From positions 1 to 64,000 of IMG/VR virus record IMGVR_UViG_3300033816_000828: a stretch of 64,000 nt of DNA. One strand, written 5' to 3'. Each line of letters starts with the position of its first letter. Position 1 is the first letter of the stretch. The position numbers and the translations under genes were made by a program. The notes under the pieces were generated by a model. The model ran no database searches and was not told where the DNA came from. It saw nothing but the letters and a program-made list of their open reading frames with translations. The stretch is from a virus. Shown here piece by piece: positions 1 through 10,883 of this stretch.

Positions 1-9
1 TAGGAAATT

Positions 10-3000
10 ATGAGCGATTGTAAATGCGATAGTACGAGTTCTACAGAAACAACACCATGTGTGCCTTTTACTCCTCCTACTGGGTGTGCTCGTATACGCA
101 TGTTTTTTGGAGAATCTGCTCCTCCTCCTGATTCTCAACTTGGAAGCAAAACTAAACCCGGACAATTAAATAAATTATACTATACTTCAGAAATTAATGA
201 AGATCATATTAAGCTTGGATTTAGAATACCAGACTATTCAGCACAAACTCTTGTTGATGCTGGAGTATTAAAAAATAATTTTGGTAAATTTGATTCTGAA
301 GACAATCCAACAAATACATTTGATTTAACAGAAGTAGAGTTACTAGCGGCAGCATCTTGGGAGTCTTGGATAACATGGCTTACAGGAGAATTATTAGCTA
401 TTCCATTAGATAAGCTAGATGATAATAGCAGTAATAATGGTAGAAGTTTTGGATTTTATTGTTTAAAGAGTGCTAATATTGATTTAATACAAATGAGAAT
501 CGATGGCTTTAAGATGTTTCAGAGTCTTAAGGATGGTGATACTCATGGGTTTTATTCTGCTTCTCAAAAAAATACCAGCAATGCCCCAAATACCGCCGGT
601 TGGCAAAAGAGAATTGAGTATTATATTACTAGTATTATAGATCGTTTTGATTGTAAATTTCTAAGACGAGCAGAAGATGTTGAAAAATTAGTATTATGTT
701 ATGAATGGTTAAAAAATATTCATGATACATACTATGGAAGACAGTTTTTGGTTAGAATAGGTGATTCTGTACCAAAATCAGAAGGAACAGCAAATTATCC
801 ATTAGATACTATTTGTATCAAAGATGAAGATGGTGATTATCCAAATTTTGAATATCCATATTTTGTAGATAGCGACGGATCTGCACAAGGATATTTTTTA
901 AGTGATATTATTGATAATAGTGGAGGCTTTCCAGATAAATATGATGATAATATTATAGGATTAGAAAATTTAGATTGGATACAAACAGAAAATGGTAAAG
1001 TTGGATCATTTGTTAGAATAGGACCGTATTCTAAGCCTGTAGAAGCCACCGCTCCATGTTCAGGATTATTTGAACAAATTAAATATCCAAAATTTTCAAG
1101 AAGCAGAGGAGAAACGGAAGACGATTGTGAAAATTACATAATTGATATTTCTAAATTAAATCCTGATAGTTTTTCTATTGGTGCTACCGCCGAGAGCGAA
1201 GCCTTTCCTTCTATACAATATTTATATATGTCGTGCTCAGTATCTGAGCTTTTATATGTGGATGAAAATGGAACTTGGGCGCATATTACACTAGCAGATA
1301 AAGTACCAATGATTTTAAAGGGGTACTCTAGTGCTCAAGGTTTTGTTATGATGGATCTCTTATTGAATGCTGTTGCTAATTTTAAAACAGATATTAGTCA
1401 GATTTATTTATCACTATTAAATCAGCCATTCAATGTTGCCGGAGTTGGAATTTTACAATACTTTTTCAAGTTAACTGGTTATAATACTAATTATCATGGG
1501 GCTAGACCTGACTCTAACATATTAAATATTGCTGGTACTAATAGTTTTTGTTTAATACCAGAAGCTGCTGCTATACCATTTAAAAGTAATTTGTATAAAT
1601 ATGGACCATTTTATTATGGTGATGCTAACGCTGGTGGTGTTGATGTTGTTTTTGATGAAGATATAGCTCCGTGGAATTTTATTCAAGCTGGTCAAGATTC
1701 TTTACCAGCAGGATATGCTTATACCGAAATGGAGAACATAGGTAAAGCAACAGCATCATCATCTCCAAGAGATTTACAAAAATTAGAAAAGGGACGTATT
1801 ACTGTAGCGGGATTACCATGTTATTGTTTAGGTCATTGGGTGGATAATAAAGAGTGCTATGATGAAGCTAATGAGCTAGGCCCAACATTATTAACAGATA
1901 TCAATGTTGAATTTGGTTCTGGCGGATATAATACAACATATAATTTTGCCACATATACTCCAAGATTCGGTAAACCAGAAAAGTATCTGACAGAAGCTTG
2001 GAAAACATCAATTAAAGATACTCAGTACTTAAACAAGTACCTAAAATCATTAGAAAAACAAGTTGATCAAACTAATCAAAGTTATAAATTACGACTGATT
2101 AATGGTGAGCGTGGTGGTAATACATTATTTCCTGGCCAAAATTTATATTTTGGACCAAACATATTACGCAAGTCTACTCCAAATAGTGTTATGTTTAGTG
2201 GTTATTATTTTGATCCGTCTCCAACTCCTAGTTTGGACATGGATGACTATAAAGAACAAGAAGAATATAATACTATACCAACTTCTTATCCGGAAATGTC
2301 GGAATGCGGAAAATATATTTGTACAACCCCCACTCCAATAACCTGGGATCCTGCCGAATTTACTACGCCGTCTAGACTATATTCATTCGCAGAAACCGAT
2401 AAAGCATATACAACAGAGTATATGCAGAATACATATCATCAGTTGAGCGGCATGAGTCTTGATGGATTTTATTTACCAGTATCTTTAAGAGGAGTAAATA
2501 AGGATGCTCGTGTTAAAGAGTATAATAAATATCCAGACAATCATGAAAGCACACCCAATCAATTTGAAATTAGTGGAGATAAATTAATACCTAATGCCGA
2601 TTGGACAAATTCCGCCAGACTACCACGGTTTGCTAAACGATGTGAACATAATGGAGAATTTGTAGAATGGGATGCTTTATCTGATGATTATCCTGATGGT
2701 CTAAATCGTGATATATCAAATGGTAATGGACAACCTATATCGTCTAAAACTCGTGACGAAATACCACCTTTTAAATTAAATCATATAGATGGAGAAAATG
2801 GGTTAGAGGATAAATATTGTTATTCATTACAAATTAATCAAAGATATCTTAATCCTATGTTATCTGTTAAGAATCTTATTGGTGATGCTGATGATAAAAT
2901 ACAAGGTTGGGATGATAGAATAAATAATAGTGATAAAGGATTTGTAATATCAAGTATCATATTTGGTCAAGATCATATTGATTATCAAATTACTCATACC

Positions 3001-3855
3001 AATCCTGAGGATGCGTCTGATGATATAGAAAGTAAAGATACTGATGAATTTATACGTCAACAGTTTAAGAACTTCAGATTTCCGGCCTTAAGAGGTCCGT
3101 TAGTTTTACAAGGATGGGGATACGATACATCTGGCAAGCCTATTCCTAATAAAGCTGATGGTTGGGGCCATGCTCAACAGGGAGAATTTAGAAAAGAAAA
3201 TTTAACTGATAAATTTATGCAAAACTGGTTACAGAATCCTAAAACATGGCCGGTGGGACCAATAGATTTAAGATTCGATAGAGAACGAGGAGTCTGGACA
3301 TGTCCTTCTCCTAATAAAATTGTTGTAGCAAGATTAAAAGAAAAACTAATTCCTAATGGTAGTGCTAAGGCCGAATTGATTAATCCAGAAGCTGGCGCTA
3401 ATACCGGACAACCTATTAGATTTTATGAAAACTATAGTATTAGTGGACCAAATGGTGAAAATGTAAAATTACATATGGAAAATACAGAAATTACTGTATA
3501 TGATTTCTTAGGTATAGATTTATGTCAATGTGATATTGTATATGCTTATTATGATGATAATAGATATATTGTATTAGAGAGCGATAGAGCATACAAAGAT
3601 CCTAATGATATTTGTACTGAAATCGTATGTACAACTACAACAACCACAACCACCACGCCAACAACAACAACAACAGTACCAACAGAGACCACAGAAACAC
3701 CAACAGAAACTACACCGCCACCACCGCCGTGCGATTGGTGTGGTCTTGAATGTTTACAATCTTTACCAGGCTATAAAACTGATGGAACATTAATACTTGG
3801 AGCAAAAGATGGTTGCTTACAATGGTTTGAAACTACAGAATGCGGAGCAACTTAA
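10..3855 (+). CDS. Large Cys-rich hypothetical protein, probably virion structural, with a C-terminal Thr/Pro-rich mucin-like tract
   Basis: 1281-aa ORF preceded by AGGA; Cys clusters at both ends; C-terminal TTTTTTTTPTTTTTVPTETTETPTETTPPPPP; no recognisable catalytic motif. Confidence 0.55.
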   Translation: MSDCKCDSTSSTETTPCVPFTPPTGCARIRMFFGESAPPPDSQLGSKTKPGQLNKLYYTSEINEDHIKLGFRIPDYSAQTLVDAGVLKNNFGKFDSEDNPTNTFDLTEVELLAAASWESWITWLTGELLAIPLDKLDDNSSNNGRSFGFYCLKSANIDLIQMRIDGFKMFQSLKDGDTHGFYSASQKNTSNAPNTAGWQKRIEYYITSIIDRFDCKFLRRAEDVEKLVLCYEWLKNIHDTYYGRQFLVRIGDSVPKSEGTANYPLDTICIKDEDGDYPNFEYPYFVDSDGSAQGYFLSDIIDNSGGFPDKYDDNIIGLENLDWIQTENGKVGSFVRIGPYSKPVEATAPCSGLFEQIKYPKFSRSRGETEDDCENYIIDISKLNPDSFSIGATAESEAFPSIQYLYMSCSVSELLYVDENGTWAHITLADKVPMILKGYSSAQGFVMMDLLLNAVANFKTDISQIYLSLLNQPFNVAGVGILQYFFKLTGYNTNYHGARPDSNILNIAGTNSFCLIPEAAAIPFKSNLYKYGPFYYGDANAGGVDVVFDEDIAPWNFIQAGQDSLPAGYAYTEMENIGKATASSSPRDLQKLEKGRITVAGLPCYCLGHWVDNKECYDEANELGPTLLTDINVEFGSGGYNTTYNFATYTPRFGKPEKYLTEAWKTSIKDTQYLNKYLKSLEKQVDQTNQSYKLRLINGERGGNTLFPGQNLYFGPNILRKSTPNSVMFSGYYFDPSPTPSLDMDDYKEQEEYNTIPTSYPEMSECGKYICTTPTPITWDPAEFTTPSRLYSFAETDKAYTTEYMQNTYHQLSGMSLDGFYLPVSLRGVNKDARVKEYNKYPDNHESTPNQFEISGDKLIPNADWTNSARLPRFAKRCEHNGEFVEWDALSDDYPDGLNRDISNGNGQPISSKTRDEIPPFKLNHIDGENGLEDKYCYSLQINQRYLNPMLSVKNLIGDADDKIQGWDDRINNSDKGFVISSIIFGQDHIDYQITHTNPEDASDDIESKDTDEFIRQQFKNFRFPALRGPLVLQGWGYDTSGKPIPNKADGWGHAQQGEFRKENLTDKFMQNWLQNPKTWPVGPIDLRFDRERGVWTCPSPNKIVVARLKEKLIPNGSAKAELINPEAGANTGQPIRFYENYSISGPNGENVKLHMENTEITVYDFLGIDLCQCDIVYAYYDDNRYIVLESDRAYKDPNDICTEIVCTTTTTTTTTPTTTTTVPTETTETPTETTPPPPPCDWCGLECLQSLPGYKTDGTLILGAKDGCLQWFETTECGAT
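3631..3729 (+). repeat. Low-complexity ACA/ACC/CCA tract encoding a poly-Thr/Pro linker
   Basis: acaactacaacaaccacaaccaccacgccaacaacaacaacaaca...ccgccaccaccgccg. Confidence 0.85.
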
Positions 3856-3857
3856 TA

Positions 3858-4373
3858 CTAGCACAAATTAATTCCTGCTGCATTTAAGCATTCATTAGCT
3901 TTAGGATCATTACATATGACACCAGTAAATAGATAACACGCTAGTGCTTGAGTTCCTGTTTGGCATGTTCCAGGACCCGTTACAACGTCGGTGCTTACAC
4001 ATTCAGAACAGTCATTTACAATACGAAAACGCCAATACCATTGTTGTTGAGCTATTGCTGCTCCCGATATTCTATCTGGTTCTGACGAGTTGAAACACAC
4101 AGATCCTGCGACTTTTATACTATCTTGTATTACATTTTCTCCAACACACCCAAAAATCACTCCTTCGTCTCCAATAACCTCGTATGTTCCATCTGGCTGA
4201 TCTCCAGGAACAACATCTGCCTGATATGGCTCCCACCACCCACTATTTGTCCAAGCGGCATTATAAAACGAAAAAACTTTTTCATAACATACATGACAAC
4301 AACAGTTGGTATCGGTACCAACCAAGTCATCTCTCATCAAAACTTTACCATTTTGAATAGTAACATTAACCAT
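3858..4373 (-). CDS. Cys-rich hypothetical protein; paralog of 43487..44170
   Basis: Shares NSSEPxRxxGAAxAxxQWYxRxRxVxDCSECVxTDxxxGPGxCxTGT with the 227-aa ORF. Confidence 0.7.
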   Translation of the reverse strand: MVNVTIQNGKVLMRDDLVGTDTNCCCHVCYEKVFSFYNAAWTNSGWWEPYQADVVPGDQPDGTYEVIGDEGVIFGCVGENVIQDSIKVAGSVCFNSSEPDRISGAAIAQQQWYWRFRIVNDCSECVSTDVVTGPGTCQTGTQALACYLFTGVICNDPKANECLNAAGINLC

Positions 4374-4705
4374 TATTTTTCTTTAGTCCACTTGTGCCAG
4401 CCCTTATTCGGTAAATAATTACCATCATCATCTTTACGCTTTGGAAATAGCGTTCCACCCTTTTTATGTTGACCAAATGCTAAAATCGCTCCACAATCAG
4501 AACATCTTAATTCGTAATAATCATTACCTTCCACATTACGAACAACAAATCTAAGATTGGTACTACCACACAATCCGCATTTTTCTTCGGCAAAGATTTC
4601 TTGAATTAGTGCCAATTCTTTAAAAATTTCTTTTTGTCCAGATCCCTCTAATTCAAACTCTAATTTATCTCCAACCTTATACTTTACTTTCATAATTATC
4701 TCCAT
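4373..4705 (-). CDS. Zn-ribbon hypothetical protein
   Basis: CGLC...CSDC; coupled to the upstream annealing-protein gene. Confidence 0.6.
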   Translation of the reverse strand: MEIIMKVKYKVGDKLEFELEGSGQKEIFKELALIQEIFAEEKCGLCGSTNLRFVVRNVEGNDYYELRCSDCGAILAFGQHKKGGTLFPKRKDDDGNYLPNKGWHKWTKEK

Positions 4706-5406
4706 TCATTATCATAACCAACTAATTTAGATGGAATATCATTTAAACTTTGTTGATACTTTGACAGTTCTCGTATGATGCCAACAGCGGCATCGTGACT
4801 AATACTTTTTATATTAGCTGTATTTAATGATAAATCAAGCAATAATTGTTTAATATTAATATTGCTTCTTTTAGCCATAACATCAATAAAATTAATTTGT
4901 TGTTCACTAATCTTATTAACACTATGACCATCAGGATCATCCTCAATATTTTGGGCCAATTCTTCAGCAGCAACCACTTTTCTTAATTTTAAGCCTCTTC
5001 TTAGTGCTCGTCCTTCTGCTCGTGTTTCGGCCACTGCTACAGGATGATTGCGATAGATTTTGTCACAATTTCCCCAATAAACATCTGCCGCTCCACTCAC
5101 AATTTTCTTTATATTTAGATTGACCTTGTCTGACCCCTCGATATTTAAATAATACGCTATAGTATGAACCACGGTGGCTCTTTTCTCATTATTAGGATCA
5201 GGACTCTGCACAACCTGACTCAAAGATTCAACCACCGTACAATTTAGAGCAATTTCAAAAATTCGTCTTAATCCATCAGTAGTAGGATTACCATCTATTT
5301 TTTCATCATCAGATAATAGTCCTAATACATAATCATTCCATTCTAAACTATTAGTATCAACCTTGTTGGTTTTGGTATCACAATCAGTCTTCTTTTCTTT
5401 AGCCAT
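4696..5406 (-). CDS. Putative Rad52/Sak-like single-strand annealing protein
   Basis: G.ADV...AVAETRAEGRALRRGL motif plus C-terminal ISEQQINFI helical domain. Confidence 0.5.
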   Translation of the reverse strand: MAKEKKTDCDTKTNKVDTNSLEWNDYVLGLLSDDEKIDGNPTTDGLRRIFEIALNCTVVESLSQVVQSPDPNNEKRATVVHTIAYYLNIEGSDKVNLNIKKIVSGAADVYWGNCDKIYRNHPVAVAETRAEGRALRRGLKLRKVVAAEELAQNIEDDPDGHSVNKISEQQINFIDVMAKRSNINIKQLLLDLSLNTANIKSISHDAAVGIIRELSKYQQSLNDIPSKLVGYDNEWR

Positions 5407-5423
5407 ATACTTTTTCCTTTTTA

Positions 5424-6215
5424 TTAATAGTCCGTAATAGAGATAATCTTATTTTTTACATTATTAGTTTTTATATCATCTAATATATGAATTAATTTAT
5501 CATATATTAAGTTTGATCTAGACACAGAATAGTCCTTTGTTTGTTTAATTCTGATTAGATAGAATCCTTTACCAAGAATTAATCCTGTCTTTTTTTCATC
5601 ATATTTTATATTTCTTTTCAACGAATCGTCACCCCACACAGGAGAGAAATGTGATGGCCCATCAACTTCTATAGCCACATTAATACTAGGTATCACAATA
5701 TCAATTTGCAATTTGGTATTTACCAAAGTTTGTTCTTGATGAAATTGTATCTTATATCCGTCACCAATAAGTTTTTGTGCTAAAAATTTTTCTAATTTGG
5801 ATCCTGTTTTACTAGCAGATCTAACTGCTTCATTAGCTTTTTGTAACATATTTGCTTTTTCATCGTCACTTAACTGATCCCAATTATCTTTAGCTTTATT
5901 TTTTCTTTTTTTAAGTTCTTGATCAGATAAACTCTCCCACGACACCATCACACCTTGACCAATCTTGTTTTTTACGCTTTCTGGTCTAGATTTACCTTTG
6001 GTCGGATGACAATGCTTTCCTGTATTCAATGCGTTTTTTTGTGCTGCACTTTTGTCTCTAATTTTAATTTCAAATTTAATAGCATCTCTACGAATTTTAT
6101 TAGGATATGTATTTAGCAATAAAGCGATATCTTGAAAACTTTTATTCTCATTTGTATAGAATTTTTTAATCAGTTGTTTTTTTTCATTATCTGTATATTC
6201 ATTATACTTTTTCAT
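5424..6215 (-). CDS. Vsr/DUF559-like endonuclease with NUMOD3-like DNA-binding segment (free-standing homing endonuclease-like)
   Basis: SKLE...IDIVIPSINVAIEVDGPSH...DEKK...LIRI; KGKSRPESVKNKIG resembles NUMOD3. Confidence 0.7.
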   Translation of the reverse strand: MKKYNEYTDNEKKQLIKKFYTNENKSFQDIALLLNTYPNKIRRDAIKFEIKIRDKSAAQKNALNTGKHCHPTKGKSRPESVKNKIGQGVMVSWESLSDQELKKRKNKAKDNWDQLSDDEKANMLQKANEAVRSASKTGSKLEKFLAQKLIGDGYKIQFHQEQTLVNTKLQIDIVIPSINVAIEVDGPSHFSPVWGDDSLKRNIKYDEKKTGLILGKGFYLIRIKQTKDYSVSRSNLIYDKLIHILDDIKTNNVKNKIISITDY

Positions 6216-6573
6216 TTAATTTATCCTTTATACTATTAATAGCATCAATTAGATTTGTCCATCTAATATTCAAATATGATTCATTAGAGCCAATCGCCTC
6301 ATCTGAATCATATATTACCATACATCTATCAAGTTTATCCTTAGGAACATATTTTAGATCAGTATGATATACCAGAATATAATAATTATAAAAACAATGT
6401 CTTAAATATAGTGTTGAAAATATAGGTATATTTTTTGTAATAGGAGCGCTATTATGATCAGTATATATTACAGGATGAAGCAGCAATTCATTAGCATATA
6501 GTTGTTCATAAATCTTTAATGCTAAAGAGTCAGTATTGTTTAATTTATGACTAAATAATGCTATCTCAAACAT
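6202..6573 (-). CDS. Hypothetical protein
   Basis: 123-aa ORF overlapping both neighbours in an operon. Confidence 0.55.
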   Translation of the reverse strand: MFEIALFSHKLNNTDSLALKIYEQLYANELLLHPVIYTDHNSAPITKNIPIFSTLYLRHCFYNYYILVYHTDLKYVPKDKLDRCMVIYDSDEAIGSNESYLNIRWTNLIDAINSIKDKLNEKV

Positions 6574-7256
6574 AATTGATTTTTTACTCTTTCTATATTT
6601 TGCATATTATTGATAACGGTAATCGCTTTATTATTTATTCGGATGGGTCTTAACTCCATACCTCTTTCTATATAATAATTGATAATCTCAAATAGATATA
6701 ATTTACTAATATCATAAGTTTGTTCATTAAATATATCAAAGTCTTTTTTATTAATATACAGAATATCATATAGACTATTAGGTAAATCATAATAGCAATT
6801 AATTAAACGATCATTATTTATTATAACCCCAATATCACCCTTACTACTATTATGCATAATAAAAGAATTATTATATGATAAGGCTTCTTTAATTTTATTA
6901 ATAGCAAAACTATGTAATATATGATTTGTGTTCATAATCAAATAATTTCTAGAACCCTTAACCATTCTTAATGCCTCCTTAAGGCAAGCACCAATATTGG
7001 ACGTATCATTCATATCATATTCTAAATACTTAATATTAGTATATTTTTTATTAGATAAATATTTCTTTATTTTTTTATTTTCAAATCCACAAGAAAGTAT
7101 AATTTCTGGATTATAAAATATTTTATTTAAAATAGATATATGATAATCTAGAATATTAGTATTCTTTTTAAGCTGAATTAAACATCTATTACCTAAAGAT
7201 TTAATTTTTTTATCTGGTAACGTGTCAAGTAATATTACTGAGCATTCTTTAATCAT
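6561..7256 (-). CDS. Degenerate sugar-nucleotidyltransferase-fold protein
   Basis: VILLDTLPDKKIKSLGNRCLI resembles IILAAGxGxRxxxxxPKxL but lacks the glycines; ILSCGFE; Y..SNIGACL. Confidence 0.5.
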   Translation of the reverse strand: MIKECSVILLDTLPDKKIKSLGNRCLIQLKKNTNILDYHISILNKIFYNPEIILSCGFENKKIKKYLSNKKYTNIKYLEYDMNDTSNIGACLKEALRMVKGSRNYLIMNTNHILHSFAINKIKEALSYNNSFIMHNSSKGDIGVIINNDRLINCYYDLPNSLYDILYINKKDFDIFNEQTYDISKLYLFEIINYYIERGMELRPIRINNKAITVINNMQNIERVKNQLCLR

Positions 7257-7717
7257 TTTGTGGCTTTGATATAGTATTCAAATATGTTTATATATTTTTT
7301 TTCTACAATATTTAGCTTTCTATTTTTTAGTTCAGATTCTATATCATACAAGGTATATATGGCTTTTTTATTTTGGTATAATACTATTTTGGTTGTGTCC
7401 AAATCTATATCGTTAAATGTTACCGCTGTTGCTAATTGGTATAAATCAACAGACTGTATAATAATACTACCATTTGTACATAGTTTATTAATTAAAAGAT
7501 CTAATATATTAGTACTTTCATTATATGATAAGTAATCTAATAAATCATTAATAATAATTTCATTACAACTATTATCAGGAATCGTATCTATATTAGTTAC
7601 TGATTCATATTCGCTGCCCACAGAGATAAAATCTGGCTTAATAAGATGCAGGAATAGTTTTTTATTATTTAAATCTTGAACATCTTTTTCGTTATTTGGA
7701 ACAGTAGATTCTGCCAT
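7253..7717 (-). CDS. Methyltransferase-like hypothetical protein (degenerate)
   Basis: IPDNSCNEIIINDLLDYL...LCTNGSIII resembles the C-terminal half of class I SAM MTases. Confidence 0.4.
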   Translation of the reverse strand: MAESTVPNNEKDVQDLNNKKLFLHLIKPDFISVGSEYESVTNIDTIPDNSCNEIIINDLLDYLSYNESTNILDLLINKLCTNGSIIIQSVDLYQLATAVTFNDIDLDTTKIVLYQNKKAIYTLYDIESELKNRKLNIVEKKYINIFEYYIKATK

Positions 7718-8130
7718 ATTTTTATGTTATCCTCATCTTTAGAATTATAAGATAATATCTGAACGTCTTTTAGATCCCACGAGTCGCTCACCTTTTTACT
7801 AATACATATATGATGCATACATGGGAAGTGATTCATTTGTTTTATTTTTTCATTATCATACAATGGATTTTTAATCGTATGATCAATTAATAATACTGGT
7901 AAGTGTAATTTTCTAGATAAGCTAGCACAGTCATTATGGAATTCTATTTTATTATTACAAATAATTAAGTTTGGAATATTATCGCCATAATATAGCTGGG
8001 AAAAATTCACTAATTCGCATCCGGCAGATTTAATAAAATCTTCGAATTCAGTATTAATTGGTGTCCATAAAACCTTAATTTTATCTGTAATTTTGAGTTG
8101 TTCTCTATATAGAATAGATGATACTATCAT
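7669..8130 (-). CDS. Hypothetical protein (possible GT-B N-terminal fragment)
   Basis: PNLIICN...LHLPVLLIDH...ICISK..SDSW. Confidence 0.45.
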   Translation of the reverse strand: MIVSSILYREQLKITDKIKVLWTPINTEFEDFIKSAGCELVNFSQLYYGDNIPNLIICNNKIEFHNDCASLSRKLHLPVLLIDHTIKNPLYDNEKIKQMNHFPCMHHICISKKVSDSWDLKDVQILSYNSKDEDNIKIWQNLLFQITKKMFKI

Positions 8131-9230
8131 GGTATTAGCTTTTCTATAAATTTATATGAAAAAATTTCTTTATCAAATGCTTGTTGTAATTCTTGTTTTT
8201 GTGTTAATGATAGATTATATGCTTTACGCATATTAGTTCTTAGCTCATTAATAGATGGCTCAAGCCATTTCTCGTACATTGTAAAAATATTCTTAATCAT
8301 AGTATTTGAACATAATACGGGAACTTCTGTACTATTAATCATTAAAGCGTTAGTAGAATTAAAATATGTATTAGATCCTATATTTTTAGTATTAATAACC
8401 ACACTGTTGCATAGAGCAGCCTCTATAGAGTTATCGCCAAAGCTATCTGCTCTAGCAAAATTAATATAACAATCGCAGGATTGATGGAGTCTTATTATAT
8501 CATTATCAGACAAATATCCACACAACACGTCAACATCTGGATAATGATCATTAGGTTTTCTAATAATATTTTTAATATTAGACATATCATATTTAACAAT
8601 ATGCTCTAGATCTTCGTTGGTTTTTCTGTGATCATATGTCTTAATAAATAGCTTTACATTGTCTTGTTTATTAAATTCTAATAAATAAGCCATAATTATA
8701 CTTTTAATATTTTTTTTCTCAGTATATTGACCTATGGTATAGAATATAAATGGATTCTCATGATAACCGAAAAAACCATCCCTTTTATTGCTATATGTTT
8801 GTAGATTATATGGTTCTGGTATAATTTTTATTGGGGCTGTTAATCCGCTAGAAATTAAACTGTTAGCAGAAAATTGTGAACCTGTCCATACTTCGTCCAT
8901 CAAATTTAATTTATCTATCCATCCAGAGTGTTTGATATTCAAAGTTTCAATATCAGTAATGGCTATATTTTTACCAAAATTACTATTATATTCAATATAC
9001 TCTGGTAGTATGTGTTGTATTAAAGTGTCATATGTTTTAAATGTATTGACTTCATATTCTTTGTATGTATCAGTACTTGTTTGTTTAGCAATTAAATTTT
9101 GTGTAACATATATTGGTCTGATAGCTAAATTATATTTTGGATTATTAGATAAATACTGTATATATCTTTTACAGGATGCCCCTAGTCCATTGTTATCATA
9201 ATATTGACCGATATATAAAATATTTTTCAT
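8127..9230 (-). CDS. Glycosyltransferase family 4 (GT-B)
   Basis: FYTIGQYTEKKN, DCYINFARADSFGDNSIEAA. Confidence 0.8.
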   Translation of the reverse strand: MKNILYIGQYYDNNGLGASCKRYIQYLSNNPKYNLAIRPIYVTQNLIAKQTSTDTYKEYEVNTFKTYDTLIQHILPEYIEYNSNFGKNIAITDIETLNIKHSGWIDKLNLMDEVWTGSQFSANSLISSGLTAPIKIIPEPYNLQTYSNKRDGFFGYHENPFIFYTIGQYTEKKNIKSIIMAYLLEFNKQDNVKLFIKTYDHRKTNEDLEHIVKYDMSNIKNIIRKPNDHYPDVDVLCGYLSDNDIIRLHQSCDCYINFARADSFGDNSIEAALCNSVVINTKNIGSNTYFNSTNALMINSTEVPVLCSNTMIKNIFTMYEKWLEPSINELRTNMRKAYNLSLTQKQELQQAFDKEIFSYKFIEKLIP

Positions 9231-10861
9231 TATTTACTATATCCAATAATATCTTTAAATGCATCTGGTAAAGAACTCGAACCCGTTACTCTAACAGTTT
9301 CTATAGATACTTTATTTTTAGCATATGTTTCCAATATTTTAATATAATTTTCAATATTAAAGACAAATTGTTTTGTGCCATTTTGAACAAATCCATCATT
9401 AGCACTCCTAATTAGTTCTTCAATAAAATAAGTATTTTTTAGATACGGCTCTTGAATAATATTATCTATAATATCATATATACAAGTTCTATGATCTGAT
9501 ACTCCACTAATGCTATATGACATATTAATTTGTCTCTGAGGAGCATCCCAAGGAATCTTTGATGAAACATCTACGCTGTCAAATATGGTTTCAAATGTTT
9601 TTGCTGTCTTGTCCCAATGATAATTTTGTAGACATTTTTTTCTACAACCATCGCCTATTTTATTTAATTCGTTTATTGGCATATTCATATACCGTTCTAA
9701 TATAGAGTACAGATGATCATTATTTGGATATGATCTTTTAGCATTAGTTTCTTGCTCTCTAAATACTCTACACACATCAACTAATTCAGCGTTGATATTT
9801 TTTCCAACTTCTCCCATAGCCTCGCTATTTATACTAATAATAGGATTTTTGCATGCGGCAGCTTCTACAGGAGGAATTCCAAAACCTTCACAAATAGCAT
9901 ATTGAACATATACATCAAATAAATTATATATATCGCACAACTGATCCTCTGATACACTATTTCTTAAACTTGCTATAAATGCACTATTTTGATTACAATG
10001 TCTACAAACAGAACGAACACCCTGAAAAACACTAGGAAAAATTTTATGACAATTTTTGCATATGTGTGTTAGTAAAACTTTATCTGCTATTTTATACTCT
10101 AATAGCAGAGACGGAAGATCCCACATTAATGCATCGGGATAAGATGTGTGCAAGTATAATAATATATTCTTATCTAAATTGTTGTGTCTTAATTTACTAA
10201 ATACTTCTAAAATATCAGGAATCAGTTTGCGTTTTTGATTCCTCATTACAGATCCAATAACAAATGAATCTGGAGGTATATCGTATTTAATTTTATGAAA
10301 TCTTTTACTATATCCTATTGGCTTATAAACATTATGATCTACGGCGTCATTAACTATTGGACCAAGATTTTGATGAGGATAATGAAATTTATTAAGCAGA
10401 TCCTGCTTGGCCCATTCGGTATGAAAACATACAAGATCAGCATTACCAAATAGATTCAAGGTTTCCAGTTTTTGTGGAGATGAATCGTAGGTTGGTCCTA
10501 TAATCCAATTATAAAAAGGTCTTAATACTGATGTTTCTTGATATGTAAAATTCCAAAAGTCTCTGATATCAAAAACAATATGAGGCTTAAAATCTAATAA
10601 TACCCAATCAAATACTAATTGTCCAAACTGGTTAGCATCATTACCAATATAGTCTTTATATAATGGATGATTGGTTGGTACGGCCGCCGGATATACTGTC
10701 CAAGGTTCTGTTTTTGATACTGAACTATCTCTATAACAAGATAATTCTGCTATTTCGTATTTGCCAGTATCATGTAATCTTTGTAGAATATTTTTAGTGT
10801 AGTTACCAAATCCAGAAGTAATATGGCTGGATTCTCCACACATAAGTATTCTTTTTTTCAT
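9230..10861 (-). CDS. Glycosyltransferase family 4 with inserted Zn-finger
   Basis: SGFG, RNQKRK, DVYVQYAICEGFGIPPVEAAAC; CKNC...CRHC insertion; ATG at 10861 preferred over TTG at 10885, which lies in the terminator. Confidence 0.85.
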   Translation of the reverse strand: MKKRILMCGESSHITSGFGNYTKNILQRLHDTGKYEIAELSCYRDSSVSKTEPWTVYPAAVPTNHPLYKDYIGNDANQFGQLVFDWVLLDFKPHIVFDIRDFWNFTYQETSVLRPFYNWIIGPTYDSSPQKLETLNLFGNADLVCFHTEWAKQDLLNKFHYPHQNLGPIVNDAVDHNVYKPIGYSKRFHKIKYDIPPDSFVIGSVMRNQKRKLIPDILEVFSKLRHNNLDKNILLYLHTSYPDALMWDLPSLLLEYKIADKVLLTHICKNCHKIFPSVFQGVRSVCRHCNQNSAFIASLRNSVSEDQLCDIYNLFDVYVQYAICEGFGIPPVEAAACKNPIISINSEAMGEVGKNINAELVDVCRVFREQETNAKRSYPNNDHLYSILERYMNMPINELNKIGDGCRKKCLQNYHWDKTAKTFETIFDSVDVSSKIPWDAPQRQINMSYSISGVSDHRTCIYDIIDNIIQEPYLKNTYFIEELIRSANDGFVQNGTKQFVFNIENYIKILETYAKNKVSIETVRVTGSSSLPDAFKDIIGYSK

Positions 10862-10883
10862 AAAATCTTTCAGAAAATAATAC

